A stretch of DNA of 64,000 nucleotides. It comes from Octopus vulgaris (taxonomy: Eukaryota). Every line of letters starts with the position of its first letter. Positions within the stretch are counted from its first letter, which is position 1. The translations under genes and the position numbers were made by a program. The DNA lies in NCBI GenBank assembly GCA_951406725.2, contig OX597836.1, forward strand, positions 27,652,001 to 27,716,000, given 5' to 3'. Of this stretch, positions 39,856 to 53,535 are shown piece after piece. Below the pieces are notes generated by a model. The model had not been told where the DNA came from. It did no database searches and was given only the letters and a program-made list of their open reading frames with translations.

Positions 39856-40546
39856 ACAGAGTGTTAAAAAAGTCTCTCCGCAGTAAGTATTTTATTGCAA
39901 AATGTCCTATGAAGAAAGGCTGAGGACGCTCGACCTTTATTCTCTTGAAAAACGCCGCCGCCGTGGTGATCTCATTTTCGCCCACAACATCACAAGCGGA
40001 AAGTGTAACCTCTCGAAAGAGCTGTTCTTCACTCCTGCTCCAGAGCGTCGGCTGCGGGGTCATTCCGAAAAGCTCTACCTGCGACGATTTCATCTCAATC
40101 GAAGGAGAGGAGCTTTCTCCGTCCGGGTTGCGGATCCGTGGAACAAGCTGCCAGACGAGATGGTGAAGATGCCGACGGCCGCCTTGTTCAAAGCCTCCCT
40201 TGACCTCAAGTGGCCTGAACTCTTTACATGAACACCACCCTGTACTTAACTCCATGTCCCCCTACATGGCCTTGCTATTTTCTTTTGAGCCAAATTAACT
40301 AACTAACTAACTAACTAACTAAATATTTATAACATGGTTTAAGACTACAAAAGAATATATTAGACTTTACAAGACTTGCAAAAACTTTTATAAGAGGTGT
40401 TCAAAGTGTCGTCCTTCATTTTCAATACATAAATTAACTTTTCTACGGATGTTTTGAAATACATCTTGGAGAATCTGACTCGGTATGGACCGTGCGAAAG
40501 TTAGGATTGAAAAACATTCACTGCGGAGAGACTTTTTGAACATGGT
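39856..40546. mobile_element. Second copy of the 23057 MITE, interrupted by a LINE
   Basis: Same TIRs. C-terminus LCIENEGRHFEHLL* on the minus strand. Confidence 0.8.
39899..40320 (+). mobile_element. CR1-clade LINE 3' fragment (ORF2 C-terminus, 3' UTR, (TAAC)n tail)
   Basis: SYEERLRTLDLYSLEKRRRRGDLI..RGHSEKL..FSVRVADPWNKLP..FKASLD. Uninterrupted frame 39902-40231. Confidence 0.92.
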
Positions 40547-40600
40547 GTGTGTGTGTGTGAGCGTGTGTGTGTGTGTGTGTGTGTGTCTATATATATATAC

Positions 40601-40988
40601 AGTCATTTGACTGCGGCCATGCTGGAGGACCGACTTAAAGAGTCTTCGTCGAACAAATCGACCCCAAGAGTTATTCTCTGTAAGCCTAGTACTTATTCCA
40701 TCGGCCTCTTTTGCCGAACCGCTAAGTTACGCGAGCGTAAGCTCACCAACATCGGTTGTCAAGTGATGGTAGAGGGACAAACACAAACACACAAACACAT
40801 ACGCACAAACACACACACACTCATATATACAAATGGCTTCTTTCAGTTTCCGTCTGCCAAATCTACTCACAAGGCATTTGTCGGTCCGAGGCTATAGTAG
40901 AAGACACTTGCCCAAAGTGCCACGCAGTGGGACAGAACCCAGAACCATATGGTTGGGCAGCAAGCTTCTTACCACACAACCACCCCTG
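40601..40988 (-). mobile_element. SINE family A
   Basis: Homologous along its whole length. Confidence 0.87.
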
Positions 40989-40995
40989 TATATAC

Positions 40996-41097
<102 letters not shown>

Positions 41098-41119
41098 GTA
41101 TGTATATATATGTATATAT

Positions 41120-41480
41120 ATATGGGTTGGCAAGAAAGTAATTTCGTTTTTCGCAAATAGATAGAGTTGCTATTCATTTGAATGACTTTTGTCAGTGTTA
41201 TGATTTTTTTTATAATTTTGACATTTGATAGCCATTACTTTTAGCTTACTTTAGATGCAAGCTGCGCGTAATTTTGTTTACAGCTGTTAGTTCATTGTCA
41301 ATTTTAACATGGCGTGCAAAACGAACGTTTTCGCCAAATTTTGCTTTTTTTATTTCCGTAAAGGCAAGAAAGCTGCTGACGCTCACAAAGAGATACGTAA
41401 AATTTAAGGTGTTGATTGCTTAACAGGACGCACACGTTAGAAATGGTTTTAAAAATTACGTTCTAGAGATTTCTTCCCAC
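41120..41480 (+). mobile_element. mariner (mellifera-like) 5' fragment
   Basis: TIR-like GGGTTGGCAAGAAAGTAATTTCGTTTTT. Frameshifted ERFRQILLF-YFRKGKKAADAHKEI. Confidence 0.72.
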
Positions 41481-41669
41481 GTGACCGATCCGCCAAGCCT
41501 GCTTGCTCTTTATTTCTCCGTCTGACCATTGTCCGTGCAACATCGATATTGTTTGTGAAATTTCTGTGTCTCAGGCGTAAGGATTCATTTCCACACGCGC
41601 CGGCTTAATTCAATTCGTCCTTAGTCGAAAGACACCTGTTGTTATGTCCTGTTGTTGTTGTTATTATTA

Positions 41670-41749
<80 letters not shown>

Positions 41750-41855
41750 GTATTTATATTTGTGTAACATTTTCCGTTTCTTCCGTCCTTGTTCTTGTAT
41801 ACATTCGCTGCTTTCTTCCAAGGAATCTAATGCTCTTAGCTTAGTTTTTCTTTGG
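41480..41855 (+). mobile_element. Dispersed repeat family P2 (probably PLE-terminal) with an internal TAT expansion
   Basis: Homologous to 54712-55090. Related pieces at 36790-36907 and 53800-54100 in opposite orientation. Confidence 0.6.
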
Positions 41856-42586
41856 TAATTACCAAGGAGACATATATTAATTTCAAGGTTCTCATACTAG
41901 AGTATATACAAATTTCACATTTGATATTACTGAAGAGAAGAAGAGTTATTTATGAATGCTTATCAATACAGGATTCCATTATTCTATATTATCTAAGTAT
42001 ATGAACTATATTTGGAATACAAGACAATATAACGGATTTTACATATGATTATGGATTATTACAGAAGATTAACCAAGGAAGTATATATGGATTTAAAGAC
42101 TCATCAAAAGCAGTATTTTTTAATTTTTTATTTATATTTCAAACAAACACCATTTTATAGTATTACTTCAAATTTTTAAAAAAAAACCACCATTCCATAT
42201 GTTATACAAAATTCAAATTTTATATCTCTGAATAGCAGAAAAGTTGTCTATAAATGCTTACCAATATAGGATTTCATTATAGAGACAGCGCTTCTGTGAA
42301 ACGATCGTAAAATGCTTTAAATACTTAATTCAAACTTTTAAACTGTCATATACATTATCTATTTATACTAATACATATTTACATATATTTTTATACATAT
42401 TCATATTTTTAATACAACAATTATTTTACACACATACATATCTTTCTGAGGAGTTTTCTAATATTGATTTCCTGATATTAATAATAATATATTATTAAAA
42501 AGATATATATATTTATTCATACATATGTGTGTGTGTGTCTATATATGTATTACGTATGTACATATGTTGTATGAATGTATATATTT

Positions 42587-42628
<42 letters not shown>

Positions 42629-42629
<1 letters not shown>

Positions 42630-43176
42630 ATTAAAAATGAGACACCAACATGCCGAAATAGCAGTCGAAATTCTGACTATAAAAACCACGTTAAGTGTTC
42701 ATATCGTACCATGAGATAAGACAGAATATACAAGCAAAAGTTATTGAATAATTCAAGATCCAGGATTTCTGGTTTTGCTTTAAATAAGCTTTACCGTCAT
42801 CAATTGAATATATCAAGGGTACATAAATACAGATATTTATATGCAGAACAAACGATATACTTACATATACGAACGTCCATACATACATACATATGTACGT
42901 ATGCACACGGCCAGTTAACTGTAAGTATATCGTTTGTTCTGCATATATATATCTGTATTTATGTACCCTTGATATATTCAATTGATGACGGTAAAGCTTA
43001 TTTAAAGCAAAACCAGAAATCCTGGATCTTGAATTATTCAATAACTTTTGCTTGTATATTTTGTCCCTCTGTCTTATCTCATGGTACGATATGAACACTT
43101 AACGTGGTTTTTATAGTCAGAATTTCGACTGCTATTTCGGCATGTTGGTGTCTCTCAGACACCCTCATTTTTAATT
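42629..43176. repeat. Long inverted repeat (arms ~237/257 bp, ~54-nt spacer)
   Basis: 42629-42865 vs 42920-43176, near identical apart from two short indels. Follows (TA)n. Confidence 0.95.
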
Positions 43177-43259
43177 ATTAAAAATTATTACCTTTGTACG
43201 GTAGTTTTTCCATGCTGACCACTTGATAATATTCATACTTAAATATCGATATTATCCTC

Positions 43260-43308
<49 letters not shown>

Positions 43309-43646
43309 TACTTACATACCTACGAATATACGCCCACACACATATACAGATGGATACGCATATACGTATGTACCTGCTAGTCCGTATATAAACATATACA
43401 CATACATATGTACATACACACTTGAAGCAGAGCATTAACAGGATCAACTTCGGGGGACTCCGTGAATGAGGAAGGGGTAATTCCCCTTCCCAACAAGTAA
43501 ATTGCATTCGCACAGGAGAGTATAAGTACATAGAAACTTAAATGGACATGTACGCATATACATACACATAAAGAGAAAGTCATACATATACACATATATA
43601 TACATAACATATACACACAAATGAAGGTACATACATGTGTGAATAT

Positions 43647-43703
<57 letters not shown>

Positions 43704-43806
43704 GTGCAGTTTACATAGGAATAAATTACAAAAAAAAGACCAGTCTGCCTTTCATAATATAATGTACGAATGTTATCCTATTACACTGGCAACAGATGGC
43801 ACAGTC

Positions 43807-43857
<51 letters not shown>

Positions 43858-44101
43858 GTTTGCGCATGCATGTATATATATAAATGTATATCCATATATA
43901 TGTATACATATATATTTATATACATAGTGGCTATATATATATATATATATATACATACATATACATGTATATACATACATACATAAATATATATATACAT
44001 ATATGTATATATATATATATATGTACATATATATATATGGATATATATATATGCATATGACTATACATATGCATATATCTATGTATATGCATATATATAT
44101 G

Positions 44102-44158
<57 letters not shown>

Positions 44159-44168
44159 ACATATACAT

Positions 44169-44222
<54 letters not shown>

Positions 44223-44224
44223 GT

Positions 44225-44480
44225 GTGTAGGTTGTCTAATCCTTGTGCAGAGTATGACCACCTTTAATACCTACACCTTAGAACCATCATGGCGTCTGAT
44301 GTCTCTTTCTAAACCAGACAATGTTTTGAAAAGACACCCACGTAGATTGTATATTCGATTTGGACCACGAAGAGCTGCAGATAAGTCCTGATCTTTGTGG
44401 ATCTTAAGATGTCTTTTATGGCCTCCGTTAGATTTGCAGACTTTATGGCACACATGGCATTGAAAGTTGAGCGTACACAT
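44225..44480 (-). pseudogene. RTE-like LINE 3' end with C2H2-like zinc fingers
   Basis: FQCHVCHKVCKSNGGHKRHLKIH...GCLFKTLSGLERDIRRH*, then a short UTR ending in a CA tract. Confidence 0.5.
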
Positions 44481-44839
44481 ACAAGTAGAATATATATACA
44501 ATGTACTGTTCCATGATGGTAAATATTATTTTAATAGACACAATATATGTTTTCATGTGCTACTAATAGTTTCTTGTGCTGAGAACATGCCAAATAATGA
44601 ATTATAACATGGGTAACATCCCCGCACAGTCATCGGGCACAAAACACATAGTATAACGAATAAAAAATTGAATGAGAGAAGAAATGCGAAAAGTTGAGAA
44701 AGAAGCATATAGGAAACGTCAAAAATATTAATAAAACGGCAAATAAAAACAAAAAAGTAACCATAAGTAAGAAAAAAAGTAAATAGTAGACCTAGTAGCT
44801 TTAAAAATCAAGTAATAGATAAACCCTGTAATATAAATC

Positions 44840-45180
<341 letters not shown>

Positions 45181-45300
45181 AGTGGAAACGATGTTATAAT
45201 TTGTACATAAATTCTCCTTCTTAGTTTCTTTCTGCCCCTACTTCATTTACTATGCATCAAGGTATACATACACTCACCCCCATCACACATGCACACGTAC

Positions 45301-45371
<71 letters not shown>

Positions 45372-45560
45372 TTCATATATGTATTTGTATACGCATATGG
45401 ACTGACATATATATATAGACACATATGTGTGTGTGGAGGCGCAATGGCCCAATTGAGCAAATAGTATCAGTTGGACACTGGGTTCGATGTAATCGACTTT
45501 GACCCTCCAAATTTGATCCTCCAAAATTGTTGGCCCTGTGCCAAAATTTGAGATCAGTAT

Positions 45561-46456
45561 TTTAAGGCAGTGAGCTTGAAGAATCGTTAGTACGCCGGGT
45601 GAAATACTTAGCGGCCTTTCATCCTTTCGGGGTCGATAAAATAAGTACCAGTTGAACACTGGGAGCCGGTTTAATTGACTGATCCCACCCCCAAAATTGC
45701 TGGCCTCGTGCCAAAATTTGAAATCAATATTTCTTCGGGTTTTAAGGCAGTGAGCTTGAAGAATCGTTAGTACGCCGGGTGAAATACTTAGCGGCCTTTC
45801 ATCCTTTCGGGGTCGATAAAATAAGTACCAGTTGAACACTGGGAGCCGGTTTAATTGACTGATCCCATCCCCAAAATTGCTGGCCTCGTGCAAAAATTTG
45901 AAATCAATATTTCTTCGGGTTTTAAGGCAGTGAGCTTGAAGAATCGTTAGTACGCCGGGTGAAATACTTAGCGGCCTTTCATCCTTTCGGGGTTGATAAA
46001 ATAAGTACCAGTTGAACACTGGGAGCCGGTTTAATTGACTGATCCCACCCCCAAAATTGCTGGCCTCGTGCAAAAATTTGAAATCAATATTTCTTCGGGT
46101 TTTAAGGCAGTGAGCTTGAAGAATCGTTAGTACGCCGGGTGAAATACTTAGCGGCCTTTCATCCTTTCGGGGTTGATAAAATAAGTACCAGTTGAACACT
46201 GGGAGCCGGTTTAATTGACTGATCCCACCCCCAAAATTGCTGGCCTCGTGCCAAAATTTGAAATCAATATTTCTTCGGGTTTTAAGGCAGTGAGCTTGAA
46301 GAATCGTTAGTACGCCGGGTGAAATACTTAGCGGCCTTTCATCCTTTCGGGGTCGATAAAATAAGTACCAGTTGAACACTGGGAGCCGGTTTAATTGACT
46401 GATCCCACCCCCAAAATTGCTGGCCTCGTGCCAAAATTTGAAATCAATATTTCTTC
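45561..46456 (+). repeat. 5 x 180-bp tandem array derived from a SINE family B variant
   Basis: Exact 180-bp period. Copies differ at only three positions. Unit contains a SINE head and GCCTTTCATCCTTTCGGGGTCGATAAA. Confidence 0.97.
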
Positions 46457-46764
46457 AGGCTTCTTTATATGATTTCCTTATAAATACATTTTCAAATGAT
46501 TTTTGTATAAACAAGAAAGTTTTTTTTTCTTAAACTACTTCTATCGCCCCTGGCTTTAGTATTTGTATTTCATTAACTTTAGATTGTTTCTGTCACAGGA
46601 AATGGAGTCAATGTTGTTATTAGTACTGATATAAAACTTCATTAATTAGTTAATGAGTTAATTTAATTCTAAATTAAATCTTGATTGTGATACAGGGTTT
46701 CTGGATGTTTTTTCTTTAAATAAAACAACAGATATTTCGACGTTTTACGTCATAATATTAATCC

Positions 46765-46955
46765 GTTCTTAGCACGCCGGACAAAATGTTTGGCGGCCTT
46801 TCGTTCGTCTTTACGTTCTGAGTTGAAATTCCGCTGTGGTTGACTTTGAATTTCATCTTTTCGGGATCGATAAAATAAGTACCAATTGCGCACTGGGATC
46901 AATGTAATCGATTGGCTTTCTTCCCTGAAATTGCTGGCTTTCTGCCAATATTTAA
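46765..46955 (+). mobile_element. SINE family B, diverged
   Basis: TTAGCACGCCGG..CGTTCTGAGTTGAAATTCCG..TCGATAAAATAAGTACCA. Confidence 0.78.
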
Positions 46956-47119
46956 AATGAATAGAAATTCGTTCCTTTTTCAAAGCGCACACACATGATG
47001 GATGTCCACTAGTGGCGGTGGAAGACCATTACTGACCATTGCCGATGCAGAGTGCCAGCAATGGCAGTGCGTAAGGTTATTGCACCCGTGGCTGGTTTCT
47101 GCCCAGGTTTCAGTCAGTG

Positions 47120-47290
47120 GTGCCCTTGTCAACTGGATATCGGAAATTCGTTACGTCGATGATCGCGCATTCTAAAATTTTACTTCCGATAAGGCTTGTA
47201 CAGCACCTCACAGACCCCCACAATCTTGCTGAAAGGATCCAGAGACAAGCCAGAATGAGATATCTAGTGTTAACATTAATCGCAGGCTCA
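47120..47290 (+). pseudogene. Degenerate LINE RT fragment (YxDD region)
   Basis: WISEIRYVDDRAF..VQHLTD resembles the RTE motif EL.YADD.A..LQ.L.D. Confidence 0.4.
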
Positions 47291-47440
47291 GAAGCGAAAC
47301 GTTGGGCGAAATGCCATCAAGTGCTCATACATAAACCTCATATTCACACACGCGCACTAATAGGGTGAGATACAAAATACAATTTTAAAAAGTTCAACGG
47401 AATGAGTTCACAATCAGCTCGACACTCGTAAATTAATTCT

Positions 47441-47474
47441 TATGACGTTTCGGATAATGTCGTTCCTCAGAATA
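47441..47474 (-). ncRNA. Minimal hammerhead-like motif
   Basis: TATT-CTGAGGA-acgacattatcc-GAAACGTC-ATA. Stems are weak. Confidence 0.4.
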
Positions 47475-47526
47475 TCGTGTTGAGTGAAAAGTGAGGATGA
47501 ATTATATATGTATAAGTGTGTTAAAA

Positions 47527-48033
47527 ACTTTCGGTATGCAAATTAGGGACTCCTTCATAAAGTAACTGCTGCGTTTTTTCAGCCTATAAAACAGTTTGGC
47601 TTCTTGTTTCTCTGAAGATTGTCTCTGATGAGAACCCAATATGTTTCGAAAATCCATTAATTTTGTTCACCATGTTTTTCAGTCTGCAGAGAAATGGCTA
47701 AAATTTGCCCTGTTTATAATTATACCATATGTTACATGTTCATTATATCATACCTTGATACTGTGTGGACTAAGATCCCCGTTGACAGGATGCTGGTATT
47801 TATAGAGTGGTAGCCACTTTCGGTATGCAAATTAGGGACTCCTTCATAGAGTAACTGCTGCATTTGTTCAGTTTATAAAATAGTTTAGCTGCTCTTTTCT
47901 CTGGAGATTGTCAAAGTAATGTGGCCGCCTCCAATGAGAATCCAATAAGGTTCGAAAATCGATTAAGATTGTTCATCATTTTTGTTCAGTCTGCGGAGAA
48001 ATGGCTACAATTTGCCGTTTATAATTATACCAT
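47527..48033 (+). repeat. Direct repeat (period 289) with a hammerhead-like core in each unit
   Basis: 47527-47728 is similar to 47816-48033. CTGATGA-GAAC..GTTTC-GAAAATCCATTA in unit 1 and GAAAATCGATTA in unit 2. Ends at (TA)n. Confidence 0.8.
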
Positions 48034-48041
48034 TTATTACG

Positions 48042-48072
<31 letters not shown>

Positions 48073-48834
48073 GTGATATGGTTCATATATAATTCTCTAT
48101 TATGTTTTAATAGCAATACTATTGACAGTGACTTCAAAACTCCGACGTCACTGTCACTGTCAATTCTATTCTTGTAAAAGAATAATAAATATGTACTCTG
48201 CATAAAATATTGTGCAATTAGACAGTTTAATGTAAAATTATTTTTATTATAACTCAACATACAAACAAACATTCAGCTATGCGTAGCTGAAAGATCACAG
48301 ATCCTTTTTAGGTCTAAGAATTCCATCGCACTACTGAAATTATCAGCAGGTGTAAACATATGGATAAACTCCTGTTGACGAATTGGAAAATACCATCCTC
48401 TCCAAACTGAGCAGCTGTACCGCAGACCCTAGGCCCCTCTCCATTCAGCCTTACGACTTTACGGTCAAAAGTAACATAACTCATCATATCACCCCCTTTT
48501 TTCCGTTTCGTTTTCCAGTGTTTTAAGCCTGCCACCTTTTACATTTACTTTTTTTCTTGCCCTTTCTTGTATTTTCGCTTATTCTTTGGTCCTGTTACAG
48601 CTTGTTATGCCATGTGCCCAGAGCCCGTTGATTGCGAGAAGGCACCGACGTATTATAGAATGCTGTCTGAGTTGCTTACATCGCATGAAACTAATAGTAT
48701 TACATAAATACAATATATTCTGTGTTTCTTAAATATTTATCTCTCTCTAGATGGAGTACTTTGTTGTTGATTTTACCATCACGGAACAGTACACTGTGCG
48801 TGTGTTTGTGTGGGTTTGTGCGTTTGTGTGTGTT

Positions 48835-48874
<40 letters not shown>

Positions 48875-50633
48875 ATATATGTATATTTATATGTAACTGA
48901 GCCGAGTAAGAATGATGGGTAGCTCAGCTGGATTTTTGTTTACTCGACCTCACTTTACATATTGTATAAGATATTGCTGGTTTTGTAACGTAAATATTCA
49001 ATGTAAAACATGTCGGTGGCGCCGCGCCGCGACGTAGGAAAACTTAGGAAAAGCAGTTTTCTCTCCTTTCATTTCTCAAAACTCACGCTCGTTGTTATTC
49101 GAAAGCAAATTCAAAGAATACTGAAACAACATCAATAACAATATCGGCATCAACAGCAGCGGCACGTAGTGAGTGAATGCAGTCTACCGAGATATTGATT
49201 GCACGTTTCAGACTTAGAGAAACAATGACAAATTTAATTTCCAATTCGATTGTGTGTTTGTGTGTTGGGAGGGGGGGGTGAGTGTAAGCGCGCACACGCG
49301 TGTATATATATACACTGTTCAGCCATGTCCCTGTCTTCATAGTACGGTACGGCTCGGAACACAGCTTAATGAAATTTTCGTTTTCATTCTAATAAATGAA
49401 AGAAAACATGGGTGTAAAGTCCGTTCACCTTTCAATTTCGCCAAATTAAGCAAATTGAGTAAATTGTCTCACAAATATATCCTTGTTGTGTGTGGAATAT
49501 CGCAGTGTGGTAGCGGCGGCGGTGGCGGAATGCAGTGGTCTCTAAATTTTAAGCGTACATTTCTTATTAAGAGATGGTATCCTTTCATATTTGAGCATAA
49601 ATTCCTGTAATTGTAACGATGTGTCATACGGATGTAACGGGAAGATTTTCATGACTATTCTATTCATCATACTGCCATGTTTATCTTTGGCATGTTGATA
49701 GCGTATCGATGTACTCACGCCAATGCACATCCATTCTCTCTATTACACTTCTAGCAGCTTTACCATTACATGCAGTACTGAAGGTGAATGCGTGTACCTA
49801 TGTGTATATAAATATGCAAGTGTCTCTCCTGATATATTGGTACACACACACGTGCGCATATATATGGTTGAAATTTACAGAAAAACAAAAGACGAAGACA
49901 GGTGTATTAGTTTCATGCTCGGGAAAGTGAGAAAGTCTTTTACATTTCGAGCCTACGCTCTTCAACAGAAAGGAACATGATGAAATAAACTGAGAAAGAA
50001 TTAAAAACTTGTAGATTTAGCGATCAGTTATGGCGACTGGTTGGAAAAAGGTAATTTGACAGGAGAGCTAGGAAGAAGGGGAGATAATAAACGAAGGTGC
50101 ACGTGCGTGTGTGTATCTGAGAGTGTGTGTGTGCGTGAGGATAGGGGCTAATGACTTTGACGCGTAGACTGGTGCCTGTGTAAGTGTGAGCGTCTGTAAT
50201 GTGTGGGTGTGTGGATGACGGTGTGCGGGTGTGCGGGTGTGCGGGTGTGCAGGTGTGCGGATGATGGTGTGTGGGTGCTTACTCAACATGCAGGAATTGA
50301 ACACCTATTTTGTATATCTTTAATTACCTCTGAAGAGATTCGACTTTCAAATAATTTTAAATATTTAAATTTAATTAGTTAATTTTCTAAAGATCTGGAA
50401 TTAAAACAGCTGTAATGGATGTTTGTCAATATTTTAATCAATAAATAATCATTTATTAATTACCTCCCTATATTCTCATCTTATAAAAAATAAATATATT
50501 TAAACCACGGTTTATATTGTTACCTTGCAGTAGAGTATCAACTGTACTGTTCAATATTCTTTGATGCTCTAACTAACCAGTACTTTCATGGGATTTTGCT
50601 ATCCCTCAATGAGGTTTGTAACCTTTATTTGTG

Positions 50634-50683
<50 letters not shown>

Positions 50684-50905
50684 GAGGATTATTATGAAAT
50701 AGCATAAGCATTACGTTTAATTCCTTTTCATATATATACAGCTTCAAATAGACCTACACATGTCTCTACTGCATCGATTAGTAGCCGTTGCAACTGCTAC
50801 CTTACTATAATACAGGTGCAGATTCTTCAGGGTTGAATAACCGATTCTGATTACCAAATTGTGAGCAAACAAGTAAACGTTTGGAGAAATACCTTACTGA
50901 TTGCT

Positions 50906-50937
<32 letters not shown>

Positions 50938-50959
50938 TGTATGTATGTATGTATGTATG

Positions 50960-51003
<44 letters not shown>

Positions 51004-51039
51004 TATTTATATATATACATAATTAATCCCCCCACCCCA

Positions 51040-51245
51040 TAAAATCGAAGAGAAAACACAACACTAAAAAAGAAAACAAGAACGCGAGGACGTGGTACAT
51101 GCAAAGTATTAAAAGACGCTCAGGGAAGGAAAGACGTTTCGAGCAAAACTCTTCTTCAGAAACAGGAGACAGAAAAAAGTCCAAGAGAAATGGAAGTCAG
51201 AGGGAAAAAATCGCCAACAATTCACATCTGGTAACATTTTTGAAA
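51040..51245 (-). mobile_element. PLE-terminus-like insert between TA tracts with hammerhead motif
   Basis: Minus strand CTGAAGA-aGAGttttgCTC-GAAACGTC at about 51133-51159. Similar to family P1. Confidence 0.6.
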
Positions 51246-51316
<71 letters not shown>

Positions 51317-51439
51317 AATACATACATACATACATACATACATACATACATACACATACATACATACATACATACATACATACATACATACATACAGACA
51401 GTCAGAGAAACTTATATACATAGACAACAAGACAGATAT

Positions 51440-51440
51440 G

Positions 51441-51501
<61 letters not shown>

Positions 51502-51680
51502 GTAAGTAGATAGGTAGGTAAGTAGGTAGGTAGGTAGGTAGGTAGGTAAGTAGGTAGGTAGGTAGGTAGGTAGGTAGGTAGGTAAGTAGGTTGGTAGGTA
51601 GGTAGGTAGGTAGGTAGGTAGGTAGGTAGGTAGGTAGGTAGTAAGGTATGTAGGTTGGTAGATAAGTAGATAGGAAGATT
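51440..51680. repeat. (GATA)n to (GGTA)n compound microsatellite
   Basis: Tetranucleotide runs. Confidence 0.92.
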
Positions 51681-52283
51681 AGCGGGTAGGTAGGTAGGCC
51701 GGCAGGTGGGTACGTTGACAGGTAGACAGATAGATCAATTGCTATAGAGACAGAGATGGATAGATAGGAAGATAGATAGAAAAATAAATAAATAAATAAA
51801 TAAATAAACAGGTTCTAAATTAAAGTATCAGGAATATTTTTAAACGTATTCTTCATATCATTTGTCCTTTCAATCTTGTCTTCCTGCCATCAATTACAAA
51901 AACGGCTCGAAAACAAACATTAACTTAACACAGCATTTTTACCCATCATTCAACGTCAAGATGGCTTCGTTGGAAATTTTCAAAACAAAAAAAATAATAA
52001 TAATAAATAAAATAAAAACGAAAACTTTTTTAAAATCTTGCATTCCAAAAGTATCTATTATGTATAATTTTCCGACCTCCTCTATTTTAATAAAACTTTA
52101 TAAGCTTTTGTGACAGGATACAATATATGGATTTATCCATTCCGCTCACTTAAAGAGTTTTTGTATTAAGAGGAAAGGGATCCATGATATCTTAAAATAG
52201 CTGCAAAATTCTCTTTAGAAAAAGAATATATTCTTTCCTTTTTCTTAAGACATAAACACACACACACGTATATATATATATGT

Positions 52284-52401
<118 letters not shown>

Positions 52402-52675
52402 GTATATATATATATGTATAGATATATATATATACATATATATACACACATATAAATATATATTACAGACGTCCATCTCACTGTTTCTCTCTCTCTCCCT
52501 CTCTCTCTCTCTATCTTTCTCTCTCTCTGTATCTCTCTTTCTCCCTCACTGTCTCGATGAATCTATACAGACATATATCATGCTCACACACACACACACA
52601 TACGCACATACGCAAACATACACGCACACACACACACGCGCGCGCACGCGCGTATATTATATCATATTTAATATG

Positions 52676-52710
<35 letters not shown>

Positions 52711-52920
52711 ATTTATTTATTTATATATATACAAATATAGATGTATGTACGTGTGTGTATGATAAACCATATATTATAAACCATATATATCCTTATATAT
52801 GTGTGTGTGTGGGTATAAATATGTACATATATATGTATATGTATATATATATATTTGAAAAAATGAGTAGAGAAAGCTTTGGGGGGATAATTTTTATTTT
52901 AATTATAATGCATATACATA

Positions 52921-52957
<37 letters not shown>

Positions 52958-53013
52958 AAATATATACATTACATATATATATATGCACACATACCTATAT
53001 ATTTATATATATA

Positions 53014-53097
<84 letters not shown>

Positions 53098-53103
53098 CAT
53101 ACG

Positions 53104-53271
53104 AGGCGCAGGAGTGGCTGTGTGGTAAGTAGATTGTTTACCAACCACATAGTTCCGGGTTCGGTCCCACTGTGTGGCACCTTGGGCAAGTGTCTTCTAC
53201 TATAGCCTCGGGCCGACCAATGCTTTGTGAGTGGATTTGGTCGACGGAAACTGAAAGAAGCCCATCGTATA

Positions 53272-53336
<65 letters not shown>

Positions 53337-53535
53337 GTGTGTGTATGTTTGTGTGTCTGTGTTTGTCCCCCCAACATCGCTTGACAACCGATGCTGGTGT
53401 GTTTACGTCCCCGTAACTTAGCGGTTCGGTAAAGGAGACCGAAAGAATAAGTACTTGGGTCGATTTGCTCGACTAAAGGCGGTGCTCCAGCATGGCCGCA
53501 GTCAAATGACTGAAACAAGTAAAAGAGTTAAGAGT
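53104..53535 (+). mobile_element. SINE family A, full length
   Basis: AGGCGCAGGAGTGGCTGTGTGG ... GACTGAAACAAGTAAAAGAG. Confidence 0.92.

Noticed and set aside
44271-44501. Host C2H2 zinc-finger gene exon
   Set aside because: No TGEKP linkers, a degenerate second finger, and an immediate stop with a short tail fit a LINE C-terminus better.
45243-46379. 378-aa ORF, the longest in the track
   Set aside because: It is the antisense reading of the 180-bp SINE-derived tandem array (60-aa repeats) and ends in a TA tract, with no protein-family motif.
45561-46456. CRISPR-like regular array
   Set aside because: Units are identical end to end with no unique spacers, the DNA is eukaryotic, and there are no cas genes.
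49000-49250. Small CpG-rich patch suggesting a promoter
   Set aside because: Too short, with no associated exon or core promoter evidence.
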